Source of the DNA: a virus
Lineage: Duplodnaviria > Caudoviricetes
DNA length: 63,076 nucleotides
Direction: 5' to 3' (one strand)
IMG/VR virus record: IMGVR_UViG_3300046786_000486
Coordinates: 1 to 63,076 of that record
The notes beneath the pieces were generated by a model. That model was not told the origin of the DNA and did no database searches. It saw only the letters and a list, made by a program, of their open reading frames with translations. Position numbers and translations under genes: made by a program. Positions within the stretch are counted from its first letter, which is position 1, and the number at the start of each line of letters is the position of its first letter. Below are positions 55,511-63,076 of this stretch, one piece after another.

Positions 55511-57462
55511 ATACCAAGTTTAGCTTCTAATTCTGCTACGCGCTTTTCTAATTGTAATATTTTTAGTGTATGCAAGTCTGTATAATTAACGCTAAGAGAT
55601 ATACCATCGTTGTTTACTAACTCTGGGCATACGTCGTACACTTGCTGCGCAGAATACCCGTATCGTATCTTATCTTTCTCATAAGTAGTACGCATAAACT
55701 TGATTACGTCGATAGCACTAACGTCTATGTCTGGATTTTCTCCAAGTATATTCTTGAATCTAACGTCCGAAGGCTCAAAGAATGAATTGGCTGTAATGCT
55801 AAACCCAGTTGCGTCAGCTCCAACTGCGCACACGGCGGCAAGTGATGGAGTGGAATATGTAGAAGAAATAACCCCAGTTGAGCTATTGTACGATATTCCA
55901 GTGCCAGCACTTATAGCAGCTCGAGCCGACGAATCGGTATATTGGGTAATGGAAGACGAAATTACACCTGTTGAACTATTGTACGATATGCCAGTTCCAG
56001 CGCTTATTGATGCTCTTGCTGCAGCATCTGTGTATTGTGTAATTGTTGAAGATATTACGCCAGTAGAACTATTGTAAGATATACCTGTTCCTGCGCTAAT
56101 AGCAGCCCTTGCTCTAGCATCCGTAAAGTATAAGTTGGAGCCTTCTGATACAGAAGAGGTAGTAAACGATATGGTAGCCGTAAGCGTGCTTCCATCTTGC
56201 TTAGATAGGGTTAATGTTGTGCCACTAAAAGATAACCCAGTTACAGAGCGATTATAACTCGTATTCCAGCTAGTTATATTACCAGCTGTAATTCCAAAAG
56301 CAGCAGACGCTGAGAATATTGGGTCTGTTTCGCCAGCAGAAATAGTCTGATACGTAATATTTGTAGAACCAACTGTTATAGCAGATTGGTTTGTATTTCC
56401 ATATCTAAAGTTGGCATTTGTTCCAGATGTAACCAAGTACTGGTATCCGCGCAATTCTGCATCTGAGTCAGAGTCTGTTGCCCTTGACCAGCTAGAAGAG
56501 CTTGCAATATAAACTCCATTCTCAGTGGCATTTGTTTGTCCTATAACTAATATTCTGTCGCCAGAGGAAGGAGTGTATCCATTGACAGCGGAAAGCCCGC
56601 TCAATCCAATATTTGAAAGCGACACAGTGAGCACAGATGCACCTAGCTTTAATCCAGTTAATGCTGTATTGTCTACATACTCTTTTGAGGCTGCGTGGGT
56701 TGCACTTGTTGGTACTGCTGGTATATTTATATTCTGCGAGAACGTCCAATTATTATTTGCAGTAACACCTCCTCCTGTAGCGTATTCGCCTATTGAAGAG
56801 GTTAATACGCCTGCACTAATTTTTGCCGAACCAACAATACTAAATAGGCTTGTAGAATTGTTCCAAGAGAACTTGGTTGCATCGCCAACTAGCTTATTGC
56901 CGTCGCTATATATAATAGAGTTTATTGCGGGCACAACATACGCTACAACTTTTCCGTCTGGCTGAACCTGAAGAATCTTATTGTAAGTTATAGCTGGGTC
57001 CTCAATTAACGCAGTTAAGTATATTTGCTTTACGGCTATCGATGGATTTTTGTCGTCTCCTATGTAAATTATATTGTCATAGGCGAACGCTAAATTATGA
57101 CCATTAATCTTATACCCAACAATACCACTTTTACTTGTTACATTAAAGTAGCCCTCATTCATATTTACTCCTCCTGCAATAATAGAAAGAGGAGAGTTTA
57201 TTAAGGTGTTAGCTTCTTTTCCGACTGCTGTTATGTAGCCTTCTGTTGCATTTAGTACAATAGAATCCAATGCCTCTGTAGACACATTGTTGGACACTAT
57301 TTGAGTCGTTACAGAAGACTTTGCTTCTTGGGCAGCCTTAGATGTTGATGATTTTACTACAGCTTGCGTGTTGGCAAAAAGGTCGCTAACTGGCACAGAA
57401 ACTACTGCCCCAGCATTGTCAACCATCATTATTGAAACTATATTATCAGGTATTTGTGCCAT
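55507..57462 (-). CDS. Tail fibre protein 2 with a C-terminal S74-like chaperone
   Basis: GDRILVIGQT..TENGVY, AISAGTGISYNSSTGVIS x3 and SDVRFKN...GYSAQQV...PELV; promoter TACCTTTG at 57469-57476 supports ATG 57462. Confidence 0.78.
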   Translation of the reverse strand: MAQIPDNIVSIMMVDNAGAVVSVPVSDLFANTQAVVKSSTSKAAQEAKSSVTTQIVSNNVSTEALDSIVLNATEGYITAVGKEANTLINSPLSIIAGGVNMNEGYFNVTSKSGIVGYKINGHNLAFAYDNIIYIGDDKNPSIAVKQIYLTALIEDPAITYNKILQVQPDGKVVAYVVPAINSIIYSDGNKLVGDATKFSWNNSTSLFSIVGSAKISAGVLTSSIGEYATGGGVTANNNWTFSQNINIPAVPTSATHAASKEYVDNTALTGLKLGASVLTVSLSNIGLSGLSAVNGYTPSSGDRILVIGQTNATENGVYIASSSSWSRATDSDSDAELRGYQYLVTSGTNANFRYGNTNQSAITVGSTNITYQTISAGETDPIFSASAAFGITAGNITSWNTSYNRSVTGLSFSGTTLTLSKQDGSTLTATISFTTSSVSEGSNLYFTDARARAAISAGTGISYNSSTGVISSTITQYTDAAARASISAGTGISYNSSTGVISSSITQYTDSSARAAISAGTGISYNSSTGVISSTYSTPSLAAVCAVGADATGFSITANSFFEPSDVRFKNILGENPDIDVSAIDVIKFMRTTYEKDKIRYGYSAQQVYDVCPELVNNDGISLSVNYTDLHTLKILQLEKRVAELEAKLGI

Positions 57463-57488
57463 ATTAAGCAAAGGTAAAGTATTTTTTA

Positions 57489-57887
57489 TTAATAATTAGT
57501 GCTGTTTTCGTACTTAACCCATTGCTGACTCTCTTCATCCCAATTGTAATAGAAATTGTCAGTAGGCAAAACTTCGGGCATAGGAACGGGAGGAATATGA
57601 ACACACTTGTCCAAATCAATGTCAACCCAAGATGGATAAGGACATTTAGGTATAAACGCGTCTAAATCAGGGTCGTATCTATCTCCCTTTCCAGCATAAT
57701 TTTTTCTATAAGGAGTTCCTCCTAAAATATGCTCTCCTGCTCTTGTATTATAAGATGTCTTTAGCCAAGTTCCACCTAATCCAAGTTCTTCTGCTAGGTA
57801 CTCTTGTCCTCTATTCTCGTGTTCGTCGCCAATAACTACAACTTGTACTACAATATTATTCTCGTCTATTTGTGCAAAATGTGCCAT
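57489..57887 (-). CDS. Conserved partner of Gly-rich adhesins (possible fibre assembly protein)
   Basis: MAHFAQIDENN...TSYNT...RKNYAG...YDPDLDAFIP...YPSW. Confidence 0.65.
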   Translation of the reverse strand: MAHFAQIDENNIVVQVVVIGDEHENRGQEYLAEELGLGGTWLKTSYNTRAGEHILGGTPYRKNYAGKGDRYDPDLDAFIPKCPYPSWVDIDLDKCVHIPPVPMPEVLPTDNFYYNWDEESQQWVKYENSTNY

Positions 57888-58066
57888 TATGATAATACTT
57901 TTAAAATTCTCCAAGCTCCTGATTTATATATTTCAAGAACATACGGTGTTGTGTTTGTATTTACTCTAATCATTCCATTTGAGCCAGAAGGTCGTTGTGC
58001 ATTTGAGCCTGCTGGCAATTGCAAAAAGCCTGTGTCGTTAATTGTTGTATTCTTTAAAGATGCCAT
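57887..58066 (-). CDS. 59-aa stand-alone copy of the adhesin N-terminal module (not in the ORF track)
   Basis: MASLKNTTINDTGFLQLPAGSNAQRPSGSNGMIRVNTNTTPYVLEIYKSGAWRILKVLS; TAATG overlap with the next gene. Confidence 0.8.
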   Translation of the reverse strand: MASLKNTTINDTGFLQLPAGSNAQRPSGSNGMIRVNTNTTPYVLEIYKSGAWRILKVLS

Positions 58067-58070
58067 AATA

Positions 58071-59123
58071 TTAAGCTATAAAGTTTCCTGAACCATTAAA
58101 CTGATGACAAGTATATCCGTTATATTGAGTAATAATACCCCCTTTTGCTTTTGGAGGTCCTAAGTATCTAATTAAAACTACTCCTGAGCCTCCTGCAAAA
58201 CCAGTAGAACCATATCCGCCATTATCTCCTTTATTAGAGTGAGCGCCTCCTCCTCCTTGACCTCTATTAGCTAAACCAGCAGTTCCTCCAATAGATAAAC
58301 TTCCACTTCCATTCCCGCCACCATCATTATATCCAGCTCCTCCAACTCCACCAACCCCTCCAACGGGAGATGACCAAGAACCACCACCGCCTCCGCAATA
58401 ATATATATTAGTTCCTGTCCAGTTATAAGCTAATCCAATACCGCCAGCGGCTTGCAATCCAGATACATATTGCCCTTGTCCATCAGCTCCCCCTTGATAT
58501 CCTGCACCGCCAGCACCGCCACCACCGCCAGCAGAAGCATATCCGCCAGCATAAGCTGTAGCTCCACTATAACCCTGTCCAGCTATACCTGCTCCGTTGC
58601 CTGATGTTTTATCACGACCAGCACCTCCTCCTGAGCCTCCATCTTGACCATACCAGTAAGGTCCTTCTCCGTTAAAACTGCCACCGTGTCCACCACCTGT
58701 TGATGTGTATCCAAAAGCAGATGAGTTTCCTCCATTAGACCCCCAATAAATTGTTCCTTGACTATTAGTCTGAGAGCCGCAGCCTCCTGCTCCAATTACA
58801 ATAGGGTATGCTGTATTTGTAGCCACAGATATATTGCTAATAACTCGAAGACCACCAGCGCCGCCTCCGCCGCCTCCTCCATACCAAATAGTACCACCTG
58901 CTCCTCCTCCACCACCGCCAGCAGCAATCAATACATCTACAGTGTAACCTCCACTAATTAATGTATTCCAACTAGATGTCGCCCCATTGTATATTTCAAT
59001 AGCTGCTAATGTAGTATTATAGCGCATCATTCCATTAACTCCAGCGGGTCTTTGAGCTGTTGTTCCAGAAGGTAGCTGAATAAAGCCTGTATCGTTAATT
59101 GTTGTATTTTTTAAACTTGCCAT
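58071..59123 (-). CDS. Glycine-rich adhesin 2
   Basis: True start MASLKNTT at 59123; AGGGGGG, GGSGGG and GGSGVVLIRY motifs. Confidence 0.8.
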   Translation of the reverse strand: MASLKNTTINDTGFIQLPSGTTAQRPAGVNGMMRYNTTLAAIEIYNGATSSWNTLISGGYTVDVLIAAGGGGGGAGGTIWYGGGGGGGAGGLRVISNISVATNTAYPIVIGAGGCGSQTNSQGTIYWGSNGGNSSAFGYTSTGGGHGGSFNGEGPYWYGQDGGSGGGAGRDKTSGNGAGIAGQGYSGATAYAGGYASAGGGGGAGGAGYQGGADGQGQYVSGLQAAGGIGLAYNWTGTNIYYCGGGGGSWSSPVGGVGGVGGAGYNDGGGNGSGSLSIGGTAGLANRGQGGGGAHSNKGDNGGYGSTGFAGGSGVVLIRYLGPPKAKGGIITQYNGYTCHQFNGSGNFIA

Positions 59124-59125
59124 AA

Positions 59126-60121
59126 TTATGCTGTAAAAGTTCCAGTTCCGTCGAATGTATGAACAGTATATCCACCGTAAGAAACAACTGTTCCGCCAGA
59201 GCCGCGTTGAGGTCCTGCATATCTTATAACACATCTGCCTGAGCCGCCTGCTCCAGACCAACTACTTTTAGCTCCACCTCCTCCAGCACCTCTGTTTGCT
59301 GTTCCAGATGTTGGGCTTGCTTGATTTGTAGCGCCATATCCGCCTCCGTCACCAAGACCTTTTCCTCCAGGAGCGGGACCATTTGCATTCCCGTATGCGT
59401 TTTCAAAAGCTCCTCCACCACCAGGACCATAATAAAAATTAGTCCCAGTCCAGTTAATTAAAGCGCCCTCACCTCCACAAGATATTGGGTCATATCTTCC
59501 ATTTAAGTCATCTCCACCTGTATAACCTCCGTTTCCAGCTCCTCCACCTCCACCAGCAGAAGCATAACCTCCTTTAAAAGCCCCTGCTCCATTATTACCT
59601 TGCCCAACAGTTCCATATCCAAACGAAAATCTATCTCCCCAAACTGTATCACGACCCCCACCGCCACCAGAGCCTCCGTCATTTTGAGCTTCACCCCAGT
59701 TTCCGTTAGCGTTTCCACCTCCTCCGCCAATGGCTGTAAATCCAAATGCCGTACTATTACCCCCCTGATTTCCTCTAGCTCCGCTTCCAATAACAGCACC
59801 TCCACCGCCTCCAATAACTATAGAGTACGCCGTTCCTGGCGAAACAAGTGTTCCACTATTAATAATAACTCCACCACCGCCTCCACCGCCGCCACCATTA
59901 CTACCTCCTCCTCCAGCTCCACCTCCAGCGACCAGTACAAATTCAATAGTATAATCTACACTAACAGTTCTCCAAGCTCCATCAACGTAAGATTCCATTT
60001 GTCCTGAGTCAGAATTAAATCTAATCATTCCATTTGCAGGAGATGGGCGTTGACCAGTTGTGCCTACAGGTAACGTAAGATGTCCAGTATCATTTATAGT
60101 AGTATTCTTTAATGATGCCAT
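59126..60121 (-). CDS. Glycine-rich adhesin 1
   Basis: Paralog of 58071..59123 with the same N-terminal module. Confidence 0.8.
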   Translation of the reverse strand: MASLKNTTINDTGHLTLPVGTTGQRPSPANGMIRFNSDSGQMESYVDGAWRTVSVDYTIEFVLVAGGGAGGGGSNGGGGGGGGGVIINSGTLVSPGTAYSIVIGGGGGAVIGSGARGNQGGNSTAFGFTAIGGGGGNANGNWGEAQNDGGSGGGGGRDTVWGDRFSFGYGTVGQGNNGAGAFKGGYASAGGGGGAGNGGYTGGDDLNGRYDPISCGGEGALINWTGTNFYYGPGGGGAFENAYGNANGPAPGGKGLGDGGGYGATNQASPTSGTANRGAGGGGAKSSWSGAGGSGRCVIRYAGPQRGSGGTVVSYGGYTVHTFDGTGTFTA

Positions 60122-60122
60122 A

Positions 60123-63076
60123 TTATTTACCTAATAAACTTTTCAATTCTTCAATCTGCTTTTGTTGTTCTTTTACTGCTTTTACAAGTACGGCAGTCAA
60201 TCTGCCATAAGATATTCCTTCTATTTCTCCATCATAATTATATTCAATTATTTCAGGGATAACCAATTCGACATCCTCCGCAATAAATCCAATTTCTTTT
60301 TTAGTTTCTCCAATTCTGTTATAGCAAACTGGCATAAGTTTTGAAATGTCGGAAATAGAATAGTCTAAAGTTTCAATGTTTTCTTTATATCTCTTTGACG
60401 ACGTTTCAGTTAAAGATGTACAGGTTATTGCTGCCGCAGCAAATGCTTCATAAGAAGTTCCAGGATTGTTTGTTATTACAATTCTTCCACTAGCCTCCAT
60501 AACAATATTGGAAGCAACCACACCTGACCAATGGAATGCTAAAGCAGGAGCGTATATTCCATTACTTCCTTGCGCCCCAGCTAATCCAGCTTCGCGAATC
60601 TGTATATGATTACTATATGATGTACCTGCGTTTTGACTAGCAATATAGCTAGCTCCAGGACCCCACAAGTTAATTGCATTTGTTGCCGAGCCAGCTGTAG
60701 TAGATGTTGTTGCAGTAGCTGCATTGCCAGAAATTGAAATACCCCAAGTTCCCGTAGCTCCTGTACCATTTGTTGGCACATAAGTGCTGTTATCATAAGA
60801 TATGGTAGTTCCTGACGCCTTTACGAATCCAGTTCCATTTAATGTAGTTCCAGCACTAATCGTCCAGCTTCTATCTGCTGATAAATCGTATGTTGTTCCA
60901 TTAATTGTTAATGTACGAGCATTAGTTACAGGAGTGTATCCAAGAGCTGTAGTTACATTACTAGATGTAATACTAGTTAAATATCCTGCTGAAGCGTGAT
61001 TACCCCAACCGTAAGCTGTATCCCAGTTGCTTGCGTTATTAGTTGTAGTGTACCAAGAACTAGCTGTATAAATTGGGTCTGTTTCAGTGTATGAAGTTAA
61101 ATAAGTGCTTGAATCAACAGAGCCGTCTGCTTTTAAAAATTGCGATGAAGTTCCGCCTGAACGAATAATTGATGCAGCAGTAATATTTCCCGCAAATGTC
61201 CAAGTTCCTCTAGCTGTAACTGTATTTGTTCCAGCAGTAGAACCTATTGTTATATTTGTTGTACTTCCTGAAAGTCCTGAAGTACCAATATTTATCGTCT
61301 TTGTTGCACCAGATACTGTCGCACCAGTTGAAATAGAAACGGTAGTATTGCCAGTAGATGTAGTTAATGTAGAATTTCCTGTTACACTAAACGAACCATT
61401 AATAACACTTAGATTACCTGAGAATGTTTTTGAACCCCCAAAAGTTTGTGTTCCATTATTAACAACACCTCTTGCAATTGTTGAAGCATCTGGCACACTT
61501 AGTGTGATGACAGGTGTGGTTGTAGAATCTGCAACAGATGAAGTTATATCAGAGCCAGCAGAATCAATTGTTAGTGCTGCTACAGAAGTTACCGTACCTA
61601 CATTTGTAGTATATCCTGCTGGGTTTGATGCGTCGTATGGGGTATATCCAAGAACCGCTGCAATAGTTTTGTTTTTCCAAAGACTTGTAGAGCTTTCATA
61701 AAACAACCCATCGTTATTGCTAGGAGTTTGCGCGTAAACATTGTGAAGCTCGTCTAACTCATAACCATTTTGGATTTGATAAACAATAGTTCCGTTAGTA
61801 GGAGATGTGCGAATAACCTTTCCAATATACACTAAGTGATTTGGTGCGTGTGGCTTTGTTTTTGTAATATATCCCGCCGTAGCAGGGTCTAGGTAAACAG
61901 TGTCGCCATCTGCTAATGTATCCGATGTAAATGGATGCGTAGCGCTAGAACGAGTATCTAAATTGTCAATTGTTCCATTTGTTACAACATATCCATCAGA
62001 GTTATTAGCAATATCGTCTTTTACGACACCAAATGTTCTTGCAGATGTCCCTTCTCCGTTAGCTTGAGCTTTACTGAAATTAGGAACATTTCCTGTAGAA
62101 CCAGAGATATAAACAACAGTACCTCTGTATAATGTAGCTCCTGTTGAGTTTCTGCCAAATGTAGTCAACTGACTAGCAGAAGCAATTGAAGAAGGGAAGG
62201 TAGCAAGAGTACCATCTCCTGTTATATACTGAGTTGTAGTTCCAGTAGGATAAGGGTAATATGTTGAGTTATCATAAGATATTGTCGTGCCATTTGCTTT
62301 TACAAATCCAGTTCCGTTTAAATCATCTTGCTTAGCATCTAAAGCAGCCTGCAAATCTGTTTGATTTGACAATGTGCCAATAATACTACCCCACGTTCCA
62401 CCACCTCCAGCAGATGAGCTAATCTCAACGTAAACAGTTCCACTCCAACGATAAATCTTGTTAGTATCAAGTGTAACATAAATCTTGCCTGTTGTTCCTG
62501 TGGCTGGCAAAGATGCTAAATTAGCATACTCCAATACATCGTCAACATAAGAAGGTAGCTGCGTAGAAGGAACTAGTCCAGCTCCATCTAAGCTTGCATA
62601 TCCATTAGCAATTCCTTTATTTGCAGCATTCTCAGGAGTGTAACCTAAAGCAGTTGTAACCTGAGAAGAGTTAATTGATGTTAAATATCCTGCGGAGGCG
62701 TGGTTTCCCCAACCGTATGCTGTATTCCAATTGCTAATATTAGTATTAGTAATACCATAGGCAGCAGACGCAACAAAAATTGGGTCTGTCTCCGTAAACG
62801 ATGTCAAATAAGTGTTTGTATCTAAGCTCCAAGTATTTGCCGCAGTCTTTTTTAATAATCCGCTAGTTCCTGTTAATCCAGCAATAGCAGTTAAATCTGC
62901 ATCTAATGGCTGATATGTTGTTGCCGCTAAAGACGAAGTCAAATACCCCGCCGATGCGTGATTACCCCATCCGTAAGCTGTATTCCAGTTACTGATATTA
63001 GTAGAAGAGATTCCAAACGCAGCCGATGCTGTAAATACAGGGTCTGTTTCGCTAGGTGTAGTATATGAAATAATAC
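60123..63076 (-). CDS. 3' part of the long tail fibre gene with a C-terminal peptidase S74 chaperone domain
   Basis: ETDP...W.TAYGWGNHASAGYLTS repeats and SSKRYKENI...GFIAEDV...PEII; continues from 1622 across the origin. Confidence 0.85.
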   Translation of the reverse strand, partial: IISYTTPSETDPVFTASAAFGISSTNISNWNTAYGWGNHASAGYLTSSLAATTYQPLDADLTAIAGLTGTSGLLKKTAANTWSLDTNTYLTSFTETDPIFVASAAYGITNTNISNWNTAYGWGNHASAGYLTSINSSQVTTALGYTPENAANKGIANGYASLDGAGLVPSTQLPSYVDDVLEYANLASLPATGTTGKIYVTLDTNKIYRWSGTVYVEISSSAGGGGTWGSIIGTLSNQTDLQAALDAKQDDLNGTGFVKANGTTISYDNSTYYPYPTGTTTQYITGDGTLATFPSSIASASQLTTFGRNSTGATLYRGTVVYISGSTGNVPNFSKAQANGEGTSARTFGVVKDDIANNSDGYVVTNGTIDNLDTRSSATHPFTSDTLADGDTVYLDPATAGYITKTKPHAPNHLVYIGKVIRTSPTNGTIVYQIQNGYELDELHNVYAQTPSNNDGLFYESSTSLWKNKTIAAVLGYTPYDASNPAGYTTNVGTVTSVAALTIDSAGSDITSSVADSTTTPVITLSVPDASTIARGVVNNGTQTFGGSKTFSGNLSVINGSFSVTGNSTLTTSTGNTTVSISTGATVSGATKTINIGTSGLSGSTTNITIGSTAGTNTVTARGTWTFAGNITAASIIRSGGTSSQFLKADGSVDSSTYLTSYTETDPIYTASSWYTTTNNASNWDTAYGWGNHASAGYLTSITSSNVTTALGYTPVTNARTLTINGTTYDLSADRSWTISAGTTLNGTGFVKASGTTISYDNSTYVPTNGTGATGTWGISISGNAATATTSTTAGSATNAINLWGPGASYIASQNAGTSYSNHIQIREAGLAGAQGSNGIYAPALAFHWSGVVASNIVMEASGRIVITNNPGTSYEAFAAAAITCTSLTETSSKRYKENIETLDYSISDISKLMPVCYNRIGETKKEIGFIAEDVELVIPEIIEYNYDGEIEGISYGRLTAVLVKAVKEQQKQIEELKSLLGK
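62950..63076. repeat. Terminal overlap, right copy
   Basis: Identical to 1-127. Confidence 0.95.

Noticed and set aside
53333-63076. Diversity-generating retroelement acting on the adhesin or fibre genes
   Set aside because: No reverse transcriptase was found and no template/variable repeat pair differing only at adenines was seen.
1-63076. Stop-codon reassignment as seen in some Bacteroidota phages
   Set aside because: Long genes are intact in the standard bacterial code, all three stop codons are used and there is no suppressor tRNA.

Overview
The window is a complete, circularly assembled tailed-phage genome of about 62.95 kb (bases 1-127 = 62950-63076). The host is most likely a Bacteroidota bacterium: there are many TAnnTTTG promoters and A-rich leaders without a Shine-Dalgarno sequence. 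The minus strand carries a podovirus-type late arm: GroES-like protein, TerS/TerL, portal, scaffold, capsid, tail fibres and adhesins, lysis genes, tail ring and nozzle proteins, and ejection proteins including a 3040-aa polyvalent protein. The plus strand (about 11.6-30.9 kb) carries early, replication and nuclease genes, including an iteron-containing initiator and DnaB. I recognised no DNA polymerase, integrase, RNA polymerase or methyltransferase. The most unusual signals are: (1) a CpG-rich island at about 11.0-15.3 kb, bracketed by inverted repeats, that encodes a membrane protein, an amidoligase and a glutamine amidotransferase and carries polarised CACTATCAA/TTGATAGTG arrays arranged like Chi-type end-protection sites; (2) a second, stand-alone copy of the replication origin at 10.1-10.2 kb; (3) a non-coding RNA operon (24.7-25.3 kb) with two tRNA bodies whose anticodon loops are replaced by structured inserts, each preceded by a conserved GGAAAGA hairpin; (4) a kissing-loop attenuator upstream of the replication genes; (5) three consecutive adhesin genes sharing one docking module, one of them a headless 59-aa stub; (6) an HNH gene that ends in a duplicate of the endolysin C-terminus; (7) apparent genome-wide absence of GATC, CATG and CCGG. 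All family assignments come from motif recognition by eye; no searches were run.
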